This document shows, piece by piece, positions 48,801 through 59,969 of a stretch of DNA of 64,000 nucleotides. This DNA comes from Bilabrum cf. latius. Lineage: Eukaryota. The notes under the pieces were generated by a model. That model searched no databases. It saw only the letters and a list, made by a program, of their open reading frames with translations, and was not told the origin of the DNA. Numbering within the stretch: the stretch's first letter is position 1; the number at the start of each line of letters is the position of its first letter. Position numbers and translations under genes: made by a program. The stretch spans positions 992,001 through 1,056,000 of the forward strand of contig OZ237748.1 of the NCBI GenBank assembly GCA_965178125.1, read 5' to 3'.

Positions 48801-51800
48801 GGCCATGGAGAGCATCAGCCTGAGGTACAGGGCGCACCACACCACGAGGATCCAGGCGTGGTGGAGGATGTCACTGGCGAGAGAGAGGTACCACGATGCT
48901 AGGCGGGCGCTGGCACAGGCCAAGGGGATGTGGAGGAACGTGCTGGCGACTAGACGGGCCAAAGCCATGGAGCAGACGGTCGTCAAGCTGCAGGCACTCG
49001 TCAGGGGAAAGCTGGCGAGGAAGCGGGCGGCCAAGAAGAGGCACGCCAGGGAGAACGCGGTGGGGACGATCCAGAGGGTGGTCAAAGGCAACTTGTACAG
49101 GCGGAAGTACCTGGCCAAACGCAGGGGCGCCGTGATGATGCAGTCGATCGTGAGGATGAGCCAGGCCGTCCGTCTAGCTGCCAAGCGAAGGTGGCTCTGC
49201 ATCCGGGTTACCTCCATCATCAGGGGCTGGCGGGCCAGGCGACTGGCCAGCCGGAGGAGGCGGGCGCTGAGGGAGGGCTGCACTAGGATCCAGGCGGCGT
49301 GGAGGGGGCTGTCCGCCCGACGAACGTTCGCCGCGAAGCGCAAAGCGGCCCTGCTGCTTCAGGCGCGGGTGCGCGGGCGGAACCAGCGGCGAACGTTCGT
49401 GAAGCAGCGGAGGGCCGCCGTGATGCTGCAGTCGCTGGCCCGCGGAAGGGCGGCGCGCGTCCGCTTCACCCGGCAGCGCGCCGCAGTGCAGTGCATGCAG
49501 CGGTGCGCCCGCCGCTGGCTCAGCATCGCCCAGCACAGGCGCAGGCAGAGGGCGGCGAGAAAGATCGAGAGGTGCGCCGATGCGTGGCTCGGCAGGCGGG
49601 CGCTGGACAGGTGGGTGCAGGACCTGCAGGCGGCGGCGAGCTGGGGAGATGTCGCGGAAATTTCCTCGGTGCTCGGCTGCGAGGACGGCCGGCTCCACGG
49701 GCGGCTGCGCGGCATCCCGCTGGCCTCCCGGGTCGCGATCCGGAGCCGATTTGACGGGAAGAGCGCGCTTCACGTGGCGGCCGCGGGGGAGGAGGCGGCG
49801 GTTCGGTTCCTGCTGCGGGCGGGTGCCGATCCCCTGGCTCTGGATCGGGCGGGCCAGACTCCCCTTCACAAGGCGGCCGCGGTGGGCGATTCGCACGTGG
49901 ACGTGGCCCGGGGGCTGCTGGAGGCCAGCGAGAGGGGGAGTACCGGTGTGACGAGTGGAGGGCGTGCGGCTCTGCTGGCGCAGACGGACGGGCGGGGCGA
50001 GACTGCGCTAGACACGGCTGTGCGGGAGCAGCGAAGGACGAGGAGGAGGACGCACGCCAAGATGATCCGGCTCCTGCTGGAGGCGGGGGGGGAGGCCCGT
50101 GCCACGAGGGGGGGCACAGCTGCGGTGAGGAGGCTTGTAGGGACCTTGGCACCGGAGGCGAGCGGGAGCCGGGCCTGGCTGGCGAGGGAGGAGAAGGCAT
50201 GGGAGCAGCAGCAGCAGCAGAGGGCGGAGGACCCGCACTATCAGCTGCTGCTGGTGCAGGAGCAGGAGAGGAAGAAACAGGCCGAGAGAGAGAGGGTCAG
50301 TCGGGGGGTCAGGGAACAACGGGCGAGGAGGGACGGGGCGCTGGCCAACGCGGAGTGCAGGCGGATGGCAGCAGAGGACAGGATCTCCCGGGGTCTCAAC
50401 GCGATCTGGAGGCAGCTCGAGGACGGGGGTGTGACGAGTGCTGGGGGTGGGGGTGTGATGAGTGCGGGTGTCCCTGTGCCCCGGTCCGCTGGGGCCCTCC
50501 CCAAGGCGCCCTCTTCCGACGATGCGGGCGGTTGGAGGAGCGGTGATGGTGTGACGAGTGCGACACCCGCCCGGGTGCCCGGCGCGGCGGTGGCGTCTGC
50601 GGTGGCTGTCGTCGCGCCCGAGGCGTTCGGCGGTGCGGTGCACCGGGGGTCTGGATCCAAATCTGGGTCGGGGTCTGGGTCTGGGTCTGGATTTGGGTCG
50701 GCGCGCTCGGACCAGGCTGCGGTTGGATCGGAGCAGTCCACCGGTGGATTGCCCCAGACGGAGAGACCTAGGGGGCAGGAGGGGGAGGGGGAGGGGGAGG
50801 GGGAGGGGGAGGCGGCTCTATCCGATGGATTTCACAGCCGGGGCCGGGACCAGGGGTGGAGCGAGACCCGGGGTCAGTTTGGCGGGGGTCAGTTCGAGTC
50901 CCAGTCCCAGTCCCAGCCACACGGTAAGCCGAGGCAGTAGTTAGCAGCAGATACGATCGATAGTTATGCGAGAGGAAAATCCGCCGCCGCTGGATCGTCG
51001 GTTGAGCAAGGATCGTCGGTTGAGCTGGACACGTTGTTCCGCGAGAGGGGCGGGGTTCGATCCAGGCGGGAGAGGGAACAAGCCGAGAAGGATGCACTGC
51101 ACGGTGGTGCAAGCAGCCCGCACCCAGGCCCGGAGGCAGCAACGGAGGCGGGGCGTCTGGCGGGTGCATCGCATGGTGGTGCTGACGGTAGGCAAATGAT
51201 TTCGGGCAGTTCCGGAGTCTCGGATGATGTGACGAGTGCACGCCCCCGCTGGGAGCAGGACGGCCTCACGAGGCAAGAGAGGGAGAAGCAAGCAGAAACA
51301 GACCCAGGCGAGAGGAAGGCCACCGAGCATCAGAGGCAGGAGCAGGAACAGGAGCAGGAGCAGGGACAGCCATTGGCTCAATCCCACCGGTTGCAGCCGC
51401 AGCCGCAAGGTTCTCCGTCCCTGTCCCTGTCTCAGTAGCAGCAGCAGCAGCAGCAACAACAGGAGCGGACGCCTGCCAAAGGGGGCGCTAGAGGGTACAG
51501 CCCCGCCCCCGTCATGGGGACGCGCTCGTCACACGCTTAGAACTCGCCGCAATACCGGTAGCAGCAGCAGCAGCAGCATAGCGCGCCCGTTGGTGTGACG
51601 AGTGCGGCCCAGATGGTGCTGCCGCGCACCGGAAGCAGCCGGAGCATCGGGGGCGGCGGTGTGACGAGTGGCAGCCGCATGCCGCAGGGCCCCCGCGTCT
51701 ACTCGCCCCTCGCCGAGGCCGTGCGGGGGAGCAGCGGTGTGACGAGTGGTAGCGGGTCGGGCACGGGCAGGTCGAGCGGCGGCGGCAGTCGCTTTAGCCG

Positions 51801-52749
51801 TGTGACGAGTGCATCGACCCCTGGGACCAAGCCGTCGCTGGCCGAGGCCGTGCGATCAGCCTCGTCCTCGTCTTCGTCTCTTTCGCACACCGGGTCTGGC
51901 CGCGGGCTGGGTGTGACGAGTGGTATCGGACAGGGGCGCAAGCAGCAGCGCGGTGTGACGAGTGAAGGGACCCCAGTCTCTAAGCAGGCGTCCCAAGGTG
52001 CATCCGCCGGCGCCTCACTAGATATAGCAGCAGCAGCATCATCATCAGCATCGAGCATGCACGCTTCCTCGGCCCCTGCCCCTGGCCCTGCTGCTTCTTC
52101 TCCTCCCGCGTGGTCCATCCACCAGTCGAGCTCCACAGGCCTGCTGTACTACCACAATCGTCACACCGGCAAGACCCAGTGGGACGAACCCGCGGACCTC
52201 GACTGCCAGTACGAGGGATGGCAGCTGGCCGTGCTCCGTGTGACGAGTGAGGCGTTCAGGAGGCACGCGATGCCGGCCGCCACGGAGCTGCACGCCGCCA
52301 GGGAGCGGGTGCAGGCGCAGGAGCGAGAGGCCAAGCGGCTGCAGGAGGCGGCCGAGAGGAGGGCGGGGTACGGTGTGACGAGTGCTACGGCTGGTGGGGA
52401 TGTGGCAGGTCTGGCGGGTGCTTCCGCAACAGACGCTTCTTCATCTGTGGAAGGTGCACCGCACGGTGGTGTCCCCGGCCGGTCGGACCGCCTCGTGCTG
52501 GAGCACGCGATCCAGGGTGCATCGAACGGCAGCGCACATCACTCGTCACACCACCCCGCTAGATCCAGTGGTGAGGAGGCCCCGTATGACCCCGAGCAGG
52601 ACGCTAGCATGTGGAGCGCGCACGAAGACGAGGAGGGGCACCTGTTCTACTACAACGCGAGGACGGACAGGTCGGTGTGGGAGAGGCCGGCCTGTCTGGG
52701 GCCAGTGCCTGCCGGGTATGAGATGGTGGGTGGTGTGGGGGGCAGGTGA
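45868..52749 (+). CDS. Unconventional myosin: motor - IQ repeats - ankyrin repeats - two WW domains (2293 aa with TAG=Gln)
   Basis: GESGAGKT, LEAFGNAMTVRNNNSSRFGK, LDIFGFE, NEKLQ, PHYVRCIKPN, MGKTKIFMK; multiple IQxxxRG; SALHVAA/TPLHKAA; WW domains WSIHQSSSTGLLYYHNRHTGKTQWDEP and WSAHEDEEGHLFYYNARTDRSVWERP. One frame with TAG at 48688, 50938, 51436, 51538, 51559; ends TGA 52747-52749. Confidence 0.93.
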
Positions 52750-53397
52750 TATTAGGCCTTGGGGGGATAGCATCGTTTCAAGCTGGGATGTACACTTGGA
52801 GGCCTTTCCACATCGCAAGTCTTTTGTGGCTTGCAAGATATTCTCTGGCACTACCGGTGTGAGATTTCGTTGGGTCTCAACACTTCTTCAAACCACCCGT
52901 CTCATGTGTTGCAGCGTGCAAGTCGTTCACATCAGTCTATCTCCACGCCTGGCGTGATATGCGACAGACCGGCTGCTTGTGGTACAGGCCAGTTTTACCG
53001 CCACTTACATACTCTGCATAGCATATCCCTCATATATCATAGACTAAAATCGTATACTACGGGTAGACTTCATGCAAACGAACTGTTTCGAATGCACTGC
53101 GACAGAATTCCACTGAGATACTGCGCAACGGACCTCACCACTCCAGATTTTAGGAATAATATATTCATTAGCACGTTGTATGCCTGAATGAAAGCTATAT
53201 ACTACTAATTGACGTGCAACAATGCATCCAATATCATATGGAGGCCTGGCGAGCGTAAGATTCGATACCATCAAATCGGGAAATCGGGCAATGCAACCGT
53301 ATGCAACCATTTCTATCAGTGGATTGAAAGTATGAAAGTACCAATGAACTCCGTCTGTCGCATGCAATTGATGCTTTTAGCATATTGTTTCATTTAG

Positions 53398-53946
53398 GTG
53401 CTCCCGATGTGCCAAGGGGTCCCCATCACACGGGAGAACGAGGGAGATCTTTTGCTTGGCAGCCAGGCACGCGCCGCTGCTGGGAAGGCGGCAAGTTCAC
53501 GCCTCAGGGGGGTTATATCGGGCGACCAAGAGCAATGCCCTGCAACAAATGCTCTCAATACTTCATCTAGCTCAGATGCTATGGCATTCGAGCAAGTTGC
53601 GGCCTGGGGAAGGGCCCGCGAGGGACACAGCGGGTGCGCTTACCTGCATCGCCCCGCGAAAGATACCAGGCCAGCTTACGCGTTCAACCTGGTGCTTGAA
53701 GGATTGTACACGTATGTAGTCGAGATAGGTCCCATGCAGTTCATCAAGGCAGGCTACTTTAGGGATACTCTAGAGTTTCGAGGCGCTTGGAGGAGCAGTC
53801 ACAGTCGCCAGCGCTGGGACTTCAAGTGCGACGTGCCGGCCCCGCTCCGACAGTTCGCTTGGAGGACCAGATTACCGTGTGAGATTGAAGTATTTCTAGC
53901 CATCCTGATATGCACCGCATGTCGCTCCACTAGTATCGTCAATTGA
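53398..53946 (+). pseudogene. Possible piggyBac-like transposase N-terminal fragment
   Basis: PAYAFNLVL...YVVE...WRTRLPCEIEVFLAILI weakly resembles the region before the piggyBac DDD core. The similarity is remote. Confidence 0.3.
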
Positions 53947-55799
53947 AGAGTCCGACGAGCAACCGGCTGATGGTTGCTCGTTGTTGCCATGCCTTGCATC
54001 GCACCTTAGAAGCCAAGTTTCGATTTCTATATCGCAGCAACTGAGGTTGTACTCGTCGATGCAAATCCAGTGTCTGCAAAAGGCGTGAAAAGGGATATTT
54101 TCCCAGTCATTGAGACTGCCAGTACGAGGCAAGGAGTCGATTCGAGCAGCGACGGGGCGGCGGCAGGAGGTGCAAGCGACGCTGACAGTGTAGGAGGAAG
54201 TTCAGTCGATTCGAGCCGCCGAGAAATTGCAGTCGATGGATCGCAGGTGCCGGACCTTCAGTTCACAAGCAGACAGTGCGCCGCGGAGGGTGACGTGGAC
54301 CTGATTCGGCAGCTGGTTGCAACCATTTTCTCACGGCGGCACACGGAGATTTGCTCCCTCGCCAACCTGAGCCTAGAGCAGTACTGCAGCACGCATGGGG
54401 GATTTCCAGAAGCTCTTGGGAAACTGCCGAAATCTGACCAGTCCCAGATCTTCGTGCAGTACGTCAAGACTGTGCAGGTTCTTGTGCGGGCCTCGATCGT
54501 GCCAAACTGCGGTGGAAAGGTTGGGCAGCGATGGGATAAGTTCGCCAATTCATTGACTCCAGCGGCAGAGGGCTGTGGCAGAGCTCCTAACCGTCCCCGT
54601 GAAATCTCCCAGAAATTTCTGGATTCCGGGTCCAAATTTGCGACCCAATGACACTCAGGGCCAAATATATCTAAAAAAAATGAGTGGAATAGAAATATAA
54701 CCACTAAATAGATTAGTATGTACGGTTGTCCGTGTAATACAGGTACAGTGATCTGGAGTTTCGCGCAAGAAATGTCAGTAATCGCGTCTTGAATCCGAAA
54801 GCTCTGCAAGGGAGACGAGCGCTGCGACCATCCTGACCGGAGTTTGGACACTATCAAAGTAGACATACCGTGAGCATCTAATACTGGACTGTGCAACAAG
54901 CCTCCCCCAATTCATTATTATTTTAGTAGGTGTTGTAATGTTGCGTAGATTACTTGTATGAAAATGTCCATGCATGGTACCAATCTGGGCTGTGCGATTC
55001 CCGACCTCGTCTGCAGTACCCCCAATATTCGCGGCTGTGTACAAAAAATACGCAGAGAGAAAATTTTGATCTGTTCGTCGATATCTGGATTTTGTGGCAA
55101 GCACAATTCAATGCCAGGTAGAACTCCCTCCGCAATGGTAGCATTGGCTAAGAAACAGAGGAAAAGTGCTGCTCAGACAGGCTCACTAGCCTGGCGTCGG
55201 CCAGCAAGCGCGGCTGGTGGCAGCGCTGGCCATTGGCGCCACAAGTCATACAGAGCTACATCCTCCGCACGTCATAATATTCAATGGGTTAAATTTGCAT
55301 GAATTTGCTGCAACGTCCAGAGCAGTGCGTATTTGGTGCAATATTTGCTAGCTTTGCCACTGCGTACAAAATTCGATTTCAGCAACGAGCAAGGGCCTCG
55401 GGTTGCTAATGCTACCCTTTTGTGCACAGCCAGCGGCAGAATGTACATTTAATATATTGAATGTCTACACTGTTCATTGTTAAAGGGAAACTTGCGATTG
55501 TTTGGGCCCTGTGTGATCGAACCAGTTTGCGGCCGCATCAGCAGCAACTGGCCACCCATCAGGCGCGAATCATCGGCCGTGCATCTCATACTAGCCCGTA
55601 ACTACACCACCTACACCGCATAATCTACAATTAATCCTACCAAAATCCCATTTGGCGTACTTGCAGCTACCAGTAGCTCTTCTGCCGCAGCAAAACCTGC
55701 AGTTGGGCGTTTGAGCACTTCGGCTAGTGCAGCCCTAACCATCGGTGCAAAAAGAACTAGACCGGCAAGCCAGTAGTCAAATTCGAAGCATTTATTATT

Positions 55800-58070
55800 A
55801 CATGATAAGTATCTGCAGGCGATGGTTGACGAAGATGACGATAAGGACTACATTGATCCAGACAGTGATGAGGACGAGATTTTGGACGCTCGGCAGATTT
55901 GAGCCGACCTCCAATATTTGGCCAGATACGACAAGCTGCCGCACGAGCAAAGCGCAGAAGGATAGAAGGAAATGAGTTGCAGCAGCCCATTGGTGAAATG
56001 TCACAGTTGCTGGATTCATAGCTCAGCCGGTACTACTTCAATGTTCGAGCCGAGATCGGCGAGGACGGAATCCCGAAGCCTGCAGCTAGGGCAGCTCGCC
56101 TGCGTGCACAGCCTATATTTAACAGTGGTAGAGCCGGTGTGGTGATTTCGTGATATCTCCACTTCGTATTATGTGCTCAACTGTGCCTCTAAACATTGCG
56201 TTCCCATGGGAGGCAACGTCAAGTAGACATGCCTCTGGCGCGGGCGGTGCGACCGGGCAACCCAGTGCCGCACAGGGCATGCCCGATGCCATGATGTTCT
56301 TGGCAGTCTTGCTGGCGAACTCCATCCTACGACCACGAATTCTACTAAAATATATCGTTAGTAGTATATTACCGGTAGATCGTTTCGATTATATTGTTTT
56401 AGATGACTGGAATCGCTGCCACCGCAATCTGGCTTTCGCCGACCGGGTTGGGGACCTCCCCGAAGAGGAGGTGGAGCAGGCTCGATCATCAGGCCAGCTC
56501 GGCAGCGCTGGAAGATCTAGAGATAAGATACGTCTTAATTATCCTCTTAGTATGATTGACACCGTTTCTGAGTTTTTCAGGTAGGCTGTATCGGTTCCAG
56601 GGTGGGTGGTAGTAGACGAGCAAGTGGTAGTGGTTTACGGCCTGCACAACGCAACCAAGCTGATGCCGAACAAGCCAGTATCCCATGGCTTTGAGTCGTA
56701 GGATCTCGCTAGGCCCGATGCATATGTAATCCATATTGACTTAACTACTATTGTTGAAGAGGACACGTTGCAATCAGTGGATGCTGAAGAGTATTGCTAC
56801 ACTGTTCCGTCGGACGGTGGAGTCACGCGCCGGTAGCTGACCCGGATGGACTTCCTAACAGCAGCAATTATATCCAAAGCATTGGATGGAAAACTAGAAG
56901 ATAGACTTGTATCAGTATATAACTATTTTATGTCAGCTCTATTGACATATTTGGCAAGTCATAATGGTTTGTGAACCTTTGGAACGCTTCGGAAGGGCAA
57001 GGTCAGCGGGGAGGTGCACCACTCGCTCGCACGCCTGAACAGGAACAGGCCAGGAGCTCGAGGCAGTGCAGTGACAGAGGCACCAGCAGGCTCTATACGA
57101 CAAACATCTACTAGTACTTGCTATGCTGGTGTCATTATGCCAGACTAGTTAGCAAATGGGATGCTACTGTCTGAGGTTGCCCTGCCAAGCAACGGGAGTC
57201 TGATGACCGGTCAGACAGTCGCCTTCGATCAGCCGTCAAGTAAGGCTACAACTACGTACGTGGTGGGACATTACGACAGGCTACCATTATTTAAGGCCTC
57301 TAGTATACTTCTAAAGTATTCTGTCAAGCAGACAAAGAAAATGAGAGGTGGACGGGGCCGTCTAAGTAGTGTGTACGCCCTGGTCGCGTTTATCCTCTAC
57401 AACAGGTACATGGGTGGAGTCGATCTTGCAGACAGGCAAAGGTTTTATTTCAAGTTGACGAACGGTCTACAGGGTAATATTAGAGCATACCATTGCATGT
57501 GGCTCGGAGTCATGGAACAGGTTAAAGTAAATGCCTATATACTGTGGCTGAACTTTGAAGCCATGCGAATGCACCGGCTCGCACCGAAGGCAAGGGGGCA
57601 AGTGGTATCACAAAGAGAACTGTTGCTGAGGAAATCGAGCACCTGGTCAGATTAAATAGTGTGTATTCAATGTTTGTTGAGGTTCTATACGATGAAATTA
57701 TGCGCCCTTACTTGATTAGGAGGCGGAGCTCTAGAGGTACCTAGATTGCACGAGGCAAGCGAGATGGCAACAAGCGTACAAGTAATATGCCCACCAGGTC
57801 CGCAACGCGACTTGGGTCCCTGCGATATTTTCGATAGGCGTCAAATACGCTTGTTGTAATCAAGAAATTCATTGGATCTGATGGAAAGGGCAAATAGATG
57901 CAGTGTTGCGCCACCATTGGTGGACGCAGGTGCACCAAGTCACAGCAAAACCAAGAGCCTGAGAGGTATATTGAGTGTATCGCATGCTTCCAGCCGGTGT
58001 GTGGCATTTTAAAGTATCCAACAACCATTTTAGCACGAGAGAAGGGTGCTAACATGATGTAATAACCTAA
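55800..58070 (+). pseudogene. Inactive piggyBac-like transposase
   Basis: One frame 56150-57655: FFR[TAG]AVSVPGWVVVDEQ, MPNKP..HG, VYNYFMS (expected DNYF, Asp lost), TFGTLRKG, YNRYMGGVDLADR. In-frame TGA at 56972. Acidic N-terminus upstream and Cys-rich remnant (~57975-58005). TIRs not identified. Confidence 0.75.
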
Positions 58071-58501
58071 AAGTCTAGTCTTGTAGGTAGCCTCGAACTG
58101 TGCAGCATTCAGTCGTCCTAACCTAAGATTGCATTTTCGGGCTTACTCAAGCATTTAAAAAATTGCGTCCCAAGCTAAAATCAAATTTTATGTGTATTTA
58201 TTAGTCATACACATTTAATATTTTCAATTGCAGATACATTCGAAAAGTTATGGTCGAACCAAATGTGGTGACCCGCTCCGGCTCAAAATAATTTGGAGTC
58301 ACAGGATCTCAGCACCATGCAGGCGCACACTCTTCCAATTAGTCAAAACATTCTTACATATATACTAATATTTGGTTTGCATTAATAAAAGTAAAATTGC
58401 ACCGCAGCATTGGGCAAAAATCAAAGGACAAAGATTTTGCCGATTTGCCTCAAAATCCGGAAACCGGCTGAAATCGAGATTTCACGGGGACGGCTAAGAA
58501 G

Positions 58502-59614
58502 ATGGGTAGGTCTGGACGAGCGAGCAAGTAGGCAGACATTCCGCCTCCTGGCGTGAGCAAGTGCCAAAAACTCGGATTGCAATACTCGGGACTTGATGAG
58601 GACTGGCACCACCAGGACAAGGAAGGGAAACCCGCCGTAGAACTAGATGGACCTGGTAGCGACGCCGGGGGATCTGCTGGGGCGGACAAGACTGGCGGTG
58701 ACATCGCGGGACCCGCGGAATCCAAAAAATCAAAACGGAGCGAGGGAAAAGGTGCAGATGAAGAGGCCACCGGAGACGCAGCAGAACCGGAGAAACGGTC
58801 TGAATCAGCGCCAGCACCAGTACCAGCACCAGCACCAGCACCGGCACCAGCACCAGCGCCAGCGCCAGCACCAGCACCAGCACCAGCACCAGAACCAGCA
58901 CCAGGAGAAGAGGCAGGGTCAGCCGCAGGTCCAGCAGCAGCTAGTGGAGCAGGAACTGGCGAAGAAGAATCAGATGCACGGACGGATCCGGAGACGTTCC
59001 AGTCCTGCCAGCTCGCTCACCCTGACAGAACTCAATTCGGTGTCCCTGGCATCCACGTCAGCATGTACGGCCTCGAGCAGGAGATGCACAAGTGGATTCG
59101 ATTCGCCGGCCTGAGGGCCTTCAAGCATATCTTCGACCTCAAGCCCCCCGACTCGCTGCGAGGACTAGACGAGTTCTTCGCAGGGGAGTCTACCGACAAG
59201 ACGCGCAGCGAGGCCGGCGTGATGGCTGCCTGCAAAAAGCTGCAAGCCGTGAATTTCGAGAATGTACCATTCACCGTCGACCTTGTATAGACTGTAAGTG
59301 ACGAGAGCTTCCGGATGGTAATTGCAGCCATCCGTGCTGGAAAAGACGACGAGTCTGCATTTATATACCTACAGGACGAGGCAATTCTTAAAAGGGCAGC
59401 TGATGAAGATCGCCATGTTGACGCCAAAGACGAGGCAACGGCCTAGGAATATGTACAAGCCGACTGCTCCGATTCGATGTCTGCATTCGAGGTGATCGGC
59501 AAAGTGGTCACCCGCCTCCCCATGGCTGGACTGTTCGTGCTGAACGAGAAGCAGAAATGGCAACTTGTGGCGGCGCCATCCTCTTCGCAGTCTCACAAGT
59601 TTATAATGCTTTGA
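58502..59614 (+). CDS. Hypothetical protein with Ala-Pro repeat (370 aa with TAG=Gln)
   Basis: ATG 58502 to TGA 59612-59614 with TAG at 58529, 59288, 59444; (GCACCA)n tract ~58808-58903. No family recognised. Confidence 0.5.
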
Positions 59615-59764
59615 TCCAGACATTGTGTCCGATGATCCCATACAAATGATTCGGAATGGTATCGCCGCCCTTTTCCACCAAATCTCAGCCGAGCAGGGTC
59701 AGCTGTTTTTTCGCGAACGTTCAGCTGATACTGGCGTGATCCTGTGATTGACCGGCAAGCTGTC

Positions 59765-59964
59765 NNNNNNNNNNNNNNNNNNNNNNNNNNNNNNNNNNNN
59801 NNNNNNNNNNNNNNNNNNNNNNNNNNNNNNNNNNNNNNNNNNNNNNNNNNNNNNNNNNNNNNNNNNNNNNNNNNNNNNNNNNNNNNNNNNNNNNNNNNNN
59901 NNNNNNNNNNNNNNNNNNNNNNNNNNNNNNNNNNNNNNNNNNNNNNNNNNNNNNNNNNNNNNNN
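59765..59964. other. Assembly gap (200 N)
   Basis: Run of N. Confidence 1.
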
Positions 59965-59969
59965 AACAG

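Noticed and set aside
4066-51561. TAG as Trp (A-to-I editing), Leu, Glu, Tyr or pyrrolysine
   Set aside because: The informative sites align with Gln (poly-Q runs, QxDxN, KTxQ, CAG/CAA in paralogs). None falls at a conserved Trp, Leu or Tyr.
26292-52551. CRISPR array or minisatellite explanation for the recurring 12-mer
   Set aside because: The motif is too short, irregularly spaced, in both orientations, inside eukaryotic coding frames, and no cas genes are present.
957-52749. Calling myosin, dynamin, Vps51, lectin B and the retroelement pseudogenes because of internal stops
   Set aside because: Interruptions are exclusively TAG. Random decay or C-to-T damage would also create TAA (from CAA), TGA (from CGA) and frameshifts, and the catalytic motifs are intact.
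55300-58430. piggyBac TIRs and TTAA target duplication
   Set aside because: The AT-rich flanks show only weak inverted similarity, with no convincing terminal pair.
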